In this document: piece by piece, positions 1 through 11,619 of the stretch
How positions within the stretch are numbered: the first letter of the stretch is position 1
Layout: each line of letters begins with the position of its first letter
Assembly (NCBI RefSeq): GCF_000143415.4
Contig: NW_003314349.1
Coordinates: 9,172-73,171, forward strand
Length of the DNA: 64,000 nt
Reading direction: 5' to 3'
Source: Selaginella moellendorffii
Lineage: Eukaryota; Plantae; Lycopodiophyta
Position numbers and translations under genes: made by a program
The notes under the pieces: model-generated
What the model was told of the DNA's origin: nothing
Database searches by the model: none
What the model saw: the letters and a program-made list of their open reading frames with translations, nothing else

Positions 1-559
1 ATGCCCGGTGCCGTTGAGATTGTTGCCCAAGCCGAGAGGTCCTTATCATTGAACGTCCTTGCGCAGCAGACTTTCCAAATCTCTACTAAAGTACATCCTC
101 TAAGAACATCAAAGAGTCCTGATAGAGATGTATGAGGTGAGTGAACGTTCGGTTGAGTTGGTCAAAGTAGGGGTCTTTGTTGTGCTTCCATTTCCAAGCG
201 TTCGAGCGTTTAGTCTTCCCTTGAAGGAAGCCACCCCAGAGTGCAGATTCGTAAATGATAGCTACACTTCTTTGTGAGGTTCATTTGAGGATTGCCATGG
301 CTCCCTCCCAGATGTCCTATGCTGTCGAGCATTCCCATAGTATATGTCACTGTGTCTCTTTTGCTCCACATAGCTTGCATACTATGTTTGGGAGGTGTAT
401 TGCCGTGAGAGAGGGGAGTCGTTCTTGTTGGGTTAGCTATATGAAGTAGTGGTTTTTGGCAGACCAGCAACCTCTCCAAATCTTGGTAGCCTTGCACCTT
501 GCAATTTGTAATTGAGGTGTTACCCATATTATAGCTTTATCTATTAGAAGGTCCATCCT

Positions 560-3500
560 ATGGTCTTCACTTTAGTCCATCCTATATGGTCCATCGCATG
601 GTCTTCACTTTAGTTTCAGTTGACTATAGATCATGTGTAACTAGCCTCTTCAGGGTATACTCAAAGCTATTAGCTAAGCATATTAATAAGGTTATTATGG
701 TTCAATTGGATTTAAGTAGTCATTTAGTTCATGCTTATCCAAGTTTCTATATCTAGTACTTAGAGTGTAATTATAAGCTTTTGAATTTAAATTTTTTGAG
801 AGGTCATCTAACTCAGTAGTATTCAAACCCAAGAACATGTAACCCTTAACCAATTGGAAAAGAGAATGCACTCTTATTTATGGGCATTTTCCTTTTATAT
901 TTGAATCCCTATAGATTGTCTCTCAAATCGTTTTCTTTGGTTGCTTATAATCTATCACACCCTCGTGAACGGAAGCTGAGAGCCATAACTTTCCCGAAAG
1001 TCTTGCTCTTTTGACACCCTACCCTTTGGGCCAAGCTCAGTTGGAGTAAATTGGATTTACCAAATGTCGATCAACGTGATTCCTTTAGTTAACCAACAGA
1101 GTTGGACTCAAGACTCTTTAATACCAAATGTAAACTTTTGAATTTAGATTTCTTGGGAGGTTACTTATCTTAGTATTATTCAAACCCAAAGACCCTTAAT
1201 CTTAAATATCCTAAGACCTTTAACAAATTGGAAAAGAGGTGCATTTTTGTTCATAAACCCTTTCCCTTTATATTTGAACCCCTATAAATTGTCTCTCGAG
1301 TCGTTCCCTTTGGTTGCTTATAGTACCTTTCCTTTAGACAAGTATATGATATAATGACATAAGTTTAATGTTTATATTTTGTGAAGCAAGTTGAAGAGTG
1401 ATTGTTGATTGTTTTATAACTAGTGATTGCTTATAAACTTTGTCAAGAACTATTAATATTTGCTTCACTCGATGATGATTTAATAGTGATAGATTTGCTT
1501 TATCAAATGGTGTTACAAGGATTGTATCGTTAACTTCATATGGTTTTTTCCATGTTGGCATATCAACTCTATCTCTTTCAATATCATTTGGTTTTATTTA
1601 GTACATGGTGTTAGATTACATTGAGTTTTGGATATGGTATTTCACTCTTTAATGATGTATTATTTATAACTAAGTATTCCTGAAGGATTGGTCTCAAATA
1701 CTCGACCTTAGTTAGCTTAGTTACTAAAGAGTATTGAGTGGTGGTTTGCTCTTGTTTTCTAATAACTTTGTTATAGTGTTGATGGAATTTAAGTAATGCC
1801 CTAATATTAACATTATTGAAGTTAAGATTTAATAAGATGAGATATCATTTTATTCCGCTAATCTCAATAAAGTCAGTATTGTTAGTTAACTGTACTTTTA
1901 TATCATTGGTATTTATGCAATTTGATAGTTAAGAACTATATTGTTGTTCAAACTAGCTGAGTAACAAGTTGAGTTAGTTGTGTTCTAAACGAATTTTTTT
2001 AGTAATGGTTGAGCTTTGGCTTTTCCTTGAAAAGTGATTTAGTCATGTACTATACTAACTATGCAAGAGGAAGAGTTGGTGATTAATATTGAAGTTGTTA
2101 GTTCTTTATTGGATTTTAGTTAAAAATATATCAATCATTGATGATTTCTTTTGTACTTATTATAAAGTGAGTTACATTTTGTTATAAAAGATGGATTCAT
2201 GAAAGATCATTTGGTGATCACTTATTGAGCATAAATTTATTGTGCTTGGTTTTGTGATTGATGTAAACATACTCTTTATTAGTTTTTGCATTATGAAGTT
2301 TAACTTATAGATGTGTGATCATTGTTAGGGGAGACTTGGTCTTCAAACTTTTAATTTCTTGAGTTTTCATATTTATTATTCCATTTATTATTAGTTGTTA
2401 GGGAAAGCATTTTAGCTCATTAGCTTTGATGTTGAAGTTAGTTTCTGCATTTAGCAATAATTAATGATAATTAACTATCATTTAGGATAGTTGATTATCA
2501 TTGTCAAACATTTTGGTTGATTATTGTTGATATTGAATGATTTATCATTCTTCATAATGGTGGATTATTGTTGACACTTGCTTAAAAAATTGGGTTCCTT
2601 GGTATGGTTGATTGAGATTTATTTAGATTAGCTAGTGTGATAGTTGACATGAATAAATGTTTGTTTACTTTACAACATTCATTTTGTTTTGTTGATTATT
2701 CCTTGAGTTGATTCTCATATATTTGGATGTTATTCCCTTCGGGTGATATATTTATAAGCATTTTGCTTATCTGTCAATGATACTTTATGTTCTTTTAGTT
2801 GTCTTATATAAATTGTTTGGCATACTATCTACAATCTTTGATAGTTAAATTTTATCATTGAGTGTTTTTTATGGTACACTTACTATTGAATTTTATTAGT
2901 TGGTTAATCTTATGACTTTTATCTATAGTGATTTTGGTGGTTTTAATACTCTAATTTTGGTTTATTGGATGGTAACTTATTTGGAATACTTTTGTGTTCT
3001 AATTTATGATTTATTCACTGATAATTTACTCTAAGATATTATTGTCTTTGACTTTGATATTGTCCATTTATTAGTCTTTAGGTTTGGGTTAGTATAGGTA
3101 AATTGGCTTTGGCATTTTGTGTGTATAATGAAATCTTTAATTATAGGGTAATTTTTGTCGACTAGTCCTTTCATTTCTTGGGTTGTACACTCAAGAGTTA
3201 TTCTGTGCTTTGTTTACTTCATTTCTAGACCCTATGCTCGGGAGTTTGACTTTCTCCCCTTATTCAATGGCCCAAGACCTTGAAACTCAAGTTTTGCTCC
3301 ATTATCATTAGACATATGGTATGTAGCATGTAACATACATGGAGGGTTTAGGTTTTGCTTTGTGGTTATCCTATGGTAAATCACTATAAGATAAAGGGTG
3401 AAAACTATATATGTTATAGGCAAGTCCTTTTAGATATTCTTCTTTTATTACTATGACAATACAAGATTGATATTGTTAATTCCTTTTACAGTCCCTCTTA

Positions 3501-4400
3501 TTTAAGTGTTAGTAAAATGAGCTTAACATCTATACTTAACCAAATAAACATAAGGTAGGAACTCTTATATGTTTCTTATAAAGCATACTCGGCCTGGCTT
3601 TTAATTCTTTTTTGCTTTACCTTGAACTTGTTTGACAAAAACTTTGTAATATTGAGTTTTTTCACTCAATACTTATTATATGATAACTTATTGTGTTTGC
3701 CAAGACACTTGTTATTATTCTCTAATGTATTGGTTCTATTTGGTCTCATTATCTATTTATAGAAAGTGTCTAGATTTGATAATAAGGCATATCTACAAAA
3801 TGTAGAGATTATCCTAAACATGATGGTGTTATTCTTGTGTCTAAATTCACAATCTAGCACTATTTGATATTTAGTATGTTTTTATAATTATCTCAAATAT
3901 TAACTTTTATGACTAGGGTGAAAGCACAAAGCATATGTTTCTTTAAGGGTGGTTCTAAAAAGTTTTAAATATATATAGGGATAGTGGGTAAGTCAAGCAT
4001 GGCTTACCAACCTAAGGTATAATCTAACTCCATCCTGTATGCTGTTTTTGTTAAGGGTTTGGTTTAGGTCTAAACCCAAGCTCTATACCATATTAGCTAA
4101 TAGAGTATCTATATCCTTGTGTTATACCACTAATATGCTAAAATTGTTTCTAACTCTGTTTACCTCCTTTTTGTATGTAGCCCTTTTACTAGGATAGGAC
4201 TGTTCCTATGTCACTCCATGCTCTTACTCTTTCACTCCTTAGGCTATATGCTCATGAGTCCTTTTGTGCTTTGGTTTCTTCACTCCTTGGTTATATGTTT
4301 AAGAGTTTGGCTTTGTCATTTCATTCAGTGGCCCAAAACCATAAAACTGATGTTCCACATCCATATGCAAGATGAAGATTAAACAAAAGTTGATGTTGAC
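560..4400 (+). mobile_element. Highly decayed repeat family (LTR retrotransposon-derived), plus-orientation copy
   Basis: Segments 600-770, 1900-2700 and 3750-3900 match the reverse complement of 16500-17930. Segment 3180-3420 matches the reverse complement of 24230-24470, which ends next to a PBS. No intact ORFs. Confidence 0.55.
772..1322 (-). mobile_element. Cassandra-like TRIM (non-autonomous LTR retrotransposon with 5S rRNA-like segment in both LTRs), decayed
   Basis: Direct repeats at 772-950 and 1129-1322 enclose ~180 bp of non-coding DNA. On the minus strand a PBS-like TGGTATTAAAGAG follows the 5' LTR and purine-rich GAGGGTGTGATAGA precedes the 3' LTR. The reverse complement of 1146-1201 aligns without gaps to the plant 5S box A to box C region. 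The homologous host site near 17790 lacks the insert. Confidence 0.8.
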
Positions 4401-4472
4401 AATTTCAACAACACTTGCAATAGTGCAATATGATTACAAAATTGATTAATAAAATAATTAAGATATTGTATC

Positions 4473-7400
4473 TATGAGAGCCAAGTATACGGCTACGATG
4501 CCATATACTAATATTAGCATAGTGGGATTTTGGTAACTGTCGGATTAGTTTCAATCTGGACCACTCACTCTTATATATAAACTAAGGTTTTTGGGCTAAT
4601 TGATATGTATATTTTTTGTATTCCCTTTCCAAGTTCTTGGTGATGCCGTTTGGTTTAAACAGTGCTCTAGCAGCTTTCCAGCGGATGATGGACGAGGTTC
4701 TTTGTAATATGCTGGAGGTGACTGTTGACTTCATTGATGATGTCTTAATCCACTCAAAGGAGACATGGGAGGAGCATATTCGTGATGTTTGTAAAGTGTT
4801 AGATCAGCTACGGGATGTTGATTTAAAGCTGAAGTGGTCAAAGTGCATATTTGGTAATATATTCCTACTAATGGTCACAGCATGTCGTATTTTGCTCGGC
4901 CTTCACTGGTATGCTTGCAGACTTTACCCTCTTATTTGACCTAAGACGACCTCCCTACAGTACCTCGCCACCTTTCTCTTTGAACTTTTTCTTTGACAAG
5001 CCATGAGCTCCTCTTTGCGATGTTGTTAAATGCTGGAATGTCAAACACCTTGTCCCACGAGGGATACCGTATAGCCAATAGAAAATACATATTTGTACGG
5101 AGACACATAGTTTTTGATTCTGTCGACGGCAAATGGCAACTATGAAGAATCGGACACAACCAATCGACCAAGAACACAACTTATTTTGGGTACTGTATTT
5201 CTCGTGAGGGTTTGCAAGTTGATCATAAACTTGTGGCTATTCTAAAGTTCCCTACTTCGAAGTGTATGAATGATGTGCAGTGCTTCTTGGGCAAAGTGTA
5301 GTATCTTAGTCGTTTTGTAAATCATCTTTCTAATCACACTACACCGTTATGAGCGTTGCTAAAGTCATTAATATCATCTTTCATTTGGTCTTCGAATTAT
5401 GAGCGAACGTTCATGAATCTCAAAGAGCTATTGACGACTCCTCCGGTTTTAGCATATCTTGACTACACTTGACCTTTTATTTTGTGCATAGATGCTTCTA
5501 ATATTAGTCTTGGAGGTGTGCTGATGCAAGAGAGCCCGAGTGTGCTTAGTCAGTGCCATCCCATTGCATATATAAGCTATACATTATAACCAGCGGAAGT
5601 GAACTACTCCACGACAGAGAAGGAGTGTTTAGCAGTAGTTTGGGTTTTGAGAAACTTTATGCATATCTACATGGTTCTGGGATGTTACTTGAAGGTGACT
5701 ATGCTACCGTTACTTCATTATTGAAGTGAAAGAACCTAGTTGGTCATACTGCTTGGTGGGCTTTGAAGCTTTAGATATATAATTTTGATGTTTTTCATCG
5801 CTCAGAGAGTTCTATTTCTGATGTTGATGCCCTTTCTTGAGCTTCTCTTCCTTCTCCACTCTCTTCTCATATTTCTGACGAGTCTGTTGTTCCAACATCT
5901 GTGGGTTTTCTAGATGAAGATTCTATACTATTGGCAGTTGCTATATTTGACGTTTAGTGTCCACAAGGTGCAAAGCAAGATTTACCTTCTCTTGATGAGG
6001 TTCGCGAGGCTCAAAAGATTAAGCCGTGAATTCAAAGGCTTCGAAATGGGTTTGAGAATCCTACATCACTTGCTGATGACTTGCCTTTTCGGCATTTACA
6101 TTCTCAATGCCTTGAAGATGGCCTTCTTTATTTTGTGGGGACAGATCTTGATGATCATTTACTGCTGGTGGTGCCTTCTATCTTTATTCTGCAGTTTCTC
6201 CATGCCTACCATGATTTTCCTGTTCTAGGTGGGCATATGGGACATTGTTGTGTAACTGAGAAGCTGCACAGATCTTTCTATTGGCCAGAGATGCAACATG
6301 ATATTATCCGGTATGTGCATAGTTGCATTTGGTGCCAAGCTTGTAATACTCCCCCTTGTGCCGCAAAAGGACAGTTGGAGTCAATTGCAATTTCCTGTCT
6401 ATTTGAGTTGGTGGAGTTTGATTTTATGGGACCTTTTCCACGGTCAATTATTAGCAATGAGTATGTTATTATTGCTTCTGACTACTTAACTCGTTGGTTG
6501 GAATTTGGTGCTCTGGCCCACGCCTTGGCAACTGCTGTTGGATACTTCTTCCTCAATCAAGTGGTCTTCCAATATTCTGGTCCATAACGGATTCTTTCAG
6601 ATAATGGTCCCACATTTATAGTTGAGGCATTTCATATTTTGACACCTTGGTTGGGGATACGCCACATTTTCCCGAGTGCTCATCATCCATAATCAAATGG
6701 TCTGATGGAATGGCTTGTTTGGATGTTCAAAGGGATGATTGTGAAATATATGAACTTTCAACATTGGGATTGGGATGGTTTTTTGCCATCTCTTTATGAC
6801 ACAGGGTGTAAAGTTCTGTTGGTGCTTCACCATATAAACTTTTATATAGTCATGATCTAATATTACCAACAAAGTTGGGTTTACCTTCGTGATTGCCATG
6901 AGCTACCGGTGCTAAGTCATGGGATTAGTATTTGACGAGCATTCTTCCACTTGTCTGAACAAAGTCTGCCAAACACTTAGGCTGCATACAAGTGGGACAA
7001 CAATGGTGTTAGTTTGTTTTCCTCATCTTATGGTATGTGATTTACCTAAAAGGCTCCTTGCTCAGTGAAAAGGACCATATTAGGTGTTGTGGCAAGTTGG
7101 ACCACAAGTTTATGAAGTTTGGTATGACATCAGCAAGCCGATCCTCTAGAGATTGTGCATGTGGAGTAGTTGAAATGCTTCATACAAAGGGATTAGGAGC
7201 AATTAATACCACCTATGCTTTATTTCGTTAAAGTGGAACTTATTCAGTAAAGTGGGACATTAATTAGCATGTGTCCACATGCCATTTCCTAGTACTTAAT
7301 TAATATTTATTAATATTTCTATCATTTTTTTAATTTATTTTTTATATTTCACAATATTATAACACAAAATCATATGAAAAGTTTTTAATTTATAAATTAT

Positions 7401-7762
7401 AAAGTCAAAACTTCAATTTTTTATTGTTGTTATAAAAATGGCATGTGGCCACACACCATAAGTGGGATAATGAAAAGTTCCACTTTAACGAAATAAAGCA
7501 TATCTATAGATCTGCCAATTCCTCCTCTTGATATCCCTTTAAATCTTAGCCCATCTATAACAGAACCTTGATGGTTGTCTATTATTCCGAGAGGAGGGAA
7601 TGATATGAGGGCCAAGTGTATGGATACGATGCCATATACTAATATTAGTGTAATGAGATTTTGGTAAATGTCGGATTGATTTCAATCTGGACCACTGGCT
7701 CTTATATATAAACTAGGGTTTTTGGGCTAATTAATATGCACATTTTCTGTATTCTCTTTCCA
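4473..7762 (+). mobile_element. Ty3/gypsy LTR retrotransposon, internally deleted (no gag/protease), pseudogenised RT-RNaseH-integrase
   Basis: 159-bp LTRs at 4473-4631 and 7604-7762, with PPT GAGAGGAGGGAATGA before the 3' LTR. RT motifs VMPFGL and FIDDVLI; RNase H-like segment NYSTTEKECLAVVW; integrase H2C2 (GHMG...YWP...CIWCQ) and core DFMGPFP. Many stops and frameshifts. Confidence 0.88.
7216..7500. mobile_element. MITE with perfect 26-bp TIRs and TA flanks (Tc1/mariner-Stowaway-like)
   Basis: TGCTTTATTTCGTTAAAGTGGAACTT at 7216 and its exact reverse complement ending at 7500. TA on both sides, AT-rich core, subterminal inverted CCACATGCCATTT motif. Absent from the paralogous gypsy copy near 13320. 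Confidence 0.85.
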
Positions 7763-8277
7763 TTTTCCATGCATACATTTCTTGTTGAAGAAATATTATA
7801 TATTGTTTACACACTTCAAAGTAGACAACTTCATAACAGTTACAACTTTATTATAAACCCATACAAAAATGCAATACCCAAAATAAATTGTGTTCTAAAG
7901 TCAAAATACACATTTCAATCACTTTAGCTTCAAACCAGCTTTCTATACCTAATTTAACATTTTGTGAACATCATAGATATGATCTTCTTAGATCCTTTTC
8001 GAATGGATTAAGATATTATCGATGAAGTTGATAGTCATTTTTGGCATATTACAAAGAAGTTTATCTATCATCCATTACAAAGTTGCTAAAGCATTTTTCA
8101 AACCAAATATGAAAAACAATCTTAAAAATATTTTCTTTGGCCATTAACATATATTAGTATATAAAAGTAAAATTCAACTTGGTAGACTAACAACTTCTCC
8201 TCAGTACAAATCTGAGATAGTTATATCATTTAATAGATGATAATATATGAAAAATTAAATACTTCTATTAGACTTAG

Positions 8278-8589
8278 TCACAAGATATAATTTATATGAA
8301 GAATGAAATCACTACACAGCATTGCCATCCTAGTAGCTATCCACCACTTTGCGAGTGACAGGGGCAGAAATCCCAACCAATTGTCAATGCCTTGCAGCTC
8401 TAACCACTTACTCCATATGCGACCACTAGGTGGTCTGAGCGCTCGCTTTTCTTGAATCTTCGATGTGAATTGGAAAGATTTGTGGGTGGACAGTGCCAGA
8501 TAGGTGGAATCTTTCACATCTAAACACTGTGGATGTGAAGGCAGGTCAATGATCTTAGCGCTGCTGGGAGCGGCAGCCATGGCTGTCAT
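8278..8589 (-). pseudogene. Truncated N-terminal fragment of a second DAD1-like phospholipase A1
   Basis: KWLELQGIDNWLGFL resembles RWREIQGANDWEGLL of the adjacent PLA1 and follows a Ser/Ala-rich leader. Similarity ends there, with no GHSLG motif. Confidence 0.6.
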
Positions 8590-8870
8590 TGTGATAAAAA
8601 AATTCCAGTTTCATCGATGCCTATTATAGTCATGTCAGCCGAGTCAAAATCCTTTTACTTTGAAACTTTCAAACTGAAACGCTCGAGCTCTTCCAGACGA
8701 AACCTGTCACTCTTCAACATTGACAAATTCTGTCTTTATGCAAATCCATTCATTATTGTATTCACAACTTGTACCAACTTCAGGCTCCGAAATATGCTGT
8801 TTGTCACTAAACATTGTTCTTTACGCAATGCATGCCAACTTTCGCTACTCTCTTTCCGTAGCACAGTCCC

Positions 8871-10532
8871 TCAGTGACGTCGATGATATTTGCAACAATC
8901 TTCGTCGTCTCCATCGTGGGGTTCCCTGTGAGGCTGCACCCATCTTCCAGATAAATCCTTTACCAGACCCTTGTGCATCTCTTGCCACCAAAAACCCGGG
9001 ATACCCATTTCCTCGATCAAGAAATCGGCAGCCTTGTTCACCAGCGCTGGATCCCTCTGCGTCATTGAAGAAAACGGCTTGTCTGGGCCGTGATACCCAT
9101 CTAAGAGATGCAAGTGGGCTTCCAAGTTGTGATGCCAGGACGGATTCATCGTGTGCTGGAGCAATGGAGAGTGCGTGCTGCAAACCTGGAGCTGCTGGCC
9201 GACGTGAGAATAGGTCCATGGGAGCTTGTCGATCACCGCCCGGATGAATGCGAAGCTCTTCTCGTTGAAGAAGATCCCCGGAGTTTTGGGGACCAAGTCC
9301 TTCTCGTTGACAACGCGAAGGACTTTGATACCGAGCGAGTCGCATCGATCACGGAACGCATCGTTCCCGACCCGGGGGGCGGCAAAGGAGAAGACGGTGA
9401 CGGGGATGTTGTTGGTCGGATCGTCGTCGATGTTGTGAGGCCGGGGGAGGCTCTCGAAGATGGGATCCATAGTTCCGGTCGGAGCTCCCTGCTGCTCGCA
9501 GTAGCTCCCGGACACGACGCTCGTGAGGGGCTCGTCCATGCCTGACTCAACGATATCGTAGGCGCTGAGGAGCGCCAGGGCTCCGCCGAGGCTGTGCCCA
9601 GTCACCGTGATGCTCAGCTGCTCGCCCTTGTAGAGACCAACAAGGCGATGGATCTCCCACAGCAGCTGCTCGCGGGCACTCCGGTTCTTCTTCTTCTTGG
9701 CACTCTTCTTCTTGGACGTGTACAAGTGGAGGAAGCCATTCTCCACCTTGACACCGTCGAGGAACGAGCACTTGTTCTTGTCCCAGTGTCGCTGATCCAG
9801 CCCCGCGGGTGTGAGAAAGTCCTTGAAGTTCTCAGACCACTCGATCGAGGTGACGGTCCCCCGCCAGGCAACGACGATGTCTCGCCTCCCTAGCCTTGCG
9901 ATCTCTTTCTCGCAGGTAGCCACTGCGACGTAGCCGATCCAGTTGGAGTCCCGGTTGGGAGAGTCCGAGGCCTCGGAGTTTTTGAAGAAGAATGGAATCT
10001 CCGGGTCCGCGGTGGCGTAGAGAAACTTGGTCACTTCGTAGCCTCGGCCCGGTAGATCCACTCGGTCAAAGAGCTCTTTCTTGCTATACTTACAGCTTCC
10101 GCAGTACTTGGAGCCAGTGTTCATGTCGAAGGCGTCATAGCAAGCTTGAGCAAACTCGCCGTAGCGGATGATCTCGGCTCGCAGGCATGGATCGATAGGA
10201 TGCTCCAGCAGGCCCTCCCAGTCGTTAGCCCCTTGAATTTCTCTCCATCTCTGGCTCAACTTCTTTTCCTCGGCTGGGGGATGAAGCTCCTCCGCTGCCG
10301 GAGGAGTTTTGATGGGCGAGACTTTGTATGCCTGCTCTAGCTCCTTGACCAGAACTTTCTCCACGGAGACATCTACTTTTTTTGTTTTGCTGCCAATTAC
10401 AAGCGAAACATCTTCATTGTTCTTGTTTGGAGCAAATCTCACAGCACTTGCAACAACCAAGGATGGCCTTGCAGGCTTGAAGCTGCTCTTAGGGAAGCAC
10501 GAAGAGTAATTTCTAAGCTGAGTGGAAGCCAT
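8871..10532 (-). CDS. Phospholipase A1 (DAD1-like, lipase class 3), intronless, probable plastid transit peptide
   Basis: Long open frame with EIIRYGEFAQACYDAF, NWIGYVAV, GRRDIVVAWRGT, catalytic TGHSLGGALA, PRVGN, DLVPKTP and HNLEAHLHLLDG. First ATG (MASTQLRN) at 10532. Confidence 0.93.
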   Translation of the reverse strand: MASTQLRNYSSCFPKSSFKPARPSLVVASAVRFAPNKNNEDVSLVIGSKTKKVDVSVEKVLVKELEQAYKVSPIKTPPAAEELHPPAEEKKLSQRWREIQGANDWEGLLEHPIDPCLRAEIIRYGEFAQACYDAFDMNTGSKYCGSCKYSKKELFDRVDLPGRGYEVTKFLYATADPEIPFFFKNSEASDSPNRDSNWIGYVAVATCEKEIARLGRRDIVVAWRGTVTSIEWSENFKDFLTPAGLDQRHWDKNKCSFLDGVKVENGFLHLYTSKKKSAKKKKNRSAREQLLWEIHRLVGLYKGEQLSITVTGHSLGGALALLSAYDIVESGMDEPLTSVVSGSYCEQQGAPTGTMDPIFESLPRPHNIDDDPTNNIPVTVFSFAAPRVGNDAFRDRCDSLGIKVLRVVNEKDLVPKTPGIFFNEKSFAFIRAVIDKLPWTYSHVGQQLQVCSTHSPLLQHTMNPSWHHNLEAHLHLLDGYHGPDKPFSSMTQRDPALVNKAADFLIEEMGIPGFWWQEMHKGLVKDLSGRWVQPHREPHDGDDEDCCKYHRRH

Positions 10533-11270
10533 GAGATTCACTTCAAAAGCATGCAAACAAAGAGAGACAAGCTAGGAGCTTCTTCTACTTCGATGGTTCC
10601 TCACAGGAGCTGTGAGCCCTCTTTTAAAGTAGCGTGTCCAAACAAAATGTGGCGCTCCACATTGAAAACGTTTGAAATTCAATATTGCTTAGTCGTACAT
10701 ATATTTAAAATATGTAGTGAAGGGTTTAAACATGTATATTGTTAATCACTTATAAGAATTATTTAAACATAAAATATTGCTCATTTTGCATGATTATGAT
10801 GTTTATAGAGTCTATGCTAAAAGTTTAGAAATCCTTTATTCAAAGTAATATCTAGCATGTTAGTATCCATCCTTATTGTCATTTATACTTTTGAAGGACA
10901 TGTTATTAAGCTCTAATTAGATCATGCAATTTCATCAAATGAGTTTTTCAAGATTAAACGCTCAAATCTCTCCAAAGTTGGTCATGATATTATAAGACTT
11001 TTGTAAAACTTTCTTTTGTAAAAATATGGAGATCATTACATCTTGAAATTTATGAACAAGGTAATCACTTATAACACATTTGAATGTGACAGTCAATTAA
11101 CACTATAAATGGGTTTGAGCCTTTTCTAACTCCATGACAAAAACAACAACTCAATCTTTTTCTAATTGTGCATGTAAATGGTGTATAGATTGTTTGTTTC
11201 CAATTAAACCCCAAAAAAAAAACTGTTTAGTACCAAATGGTATTTGTTATGGTTACTCAATACACTATTC

Positions 11271-11382
11271 AATGACTAAATAGTGTATTTTAGGTGCCCT
11301 ATACACCATTTAGTGTTTTTATATGATTGTCCTTAGGTGACTAAATGGTGTCTAAAGCACCTAAAATACACTGTTTGGTCAT
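11271..11382. repeat. Long imperfect inverted repeat within a ~300-bp AAATRGTGT-rich block (probable DNA transposon subterminal region)
   Basis: AATGACTAAATAGTGTATTTTAGGTGCC...CACCATTTAGT is mirrored by ACTAAATGGTG...GCACCTAAAATACACTGTTTGGTCATT. Confidence 0.6.
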
Positions 11383-11619
11383 TAAATGAATATATCTATG
11401 GCACTTTAAAAGCACTTTTAAAACACTATTAAGTATTGAATGGTGTTTAAGGCACAATTCCAAATAGTGTTTAGGGCACTTTTCAAACATAAAGCACTTT
11501 AAATAGTACCATTTTCAAAATTAGGGTTGGGCCAATAATAGCTTTTTTGTTAGTTCACGATTTTTGTATTCCTGATAATTTGATGTAATGAATATTTTAA
11601 GACCAAATACATAAACCCT

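Noticed and set aside
1-540. Possible gag zinc-knuckle remnants on the minus strand (CKLCG-like)
   Set aside because: Motifs incomplete and frameshifted; cannot support a call.
787-1201. 5S-like segments as functional 5S rRNA genes
   Set aside because: Only the ~56-bp promoter region is present, heavily mutated and embedded in LTRs.
8720-10509. Many overlapping and antisense ORFs over PLA1 (likewise over CYP704, PV42, RPS27a)
   Set aside because: Shadow frames of GC3-rich coding sequence.
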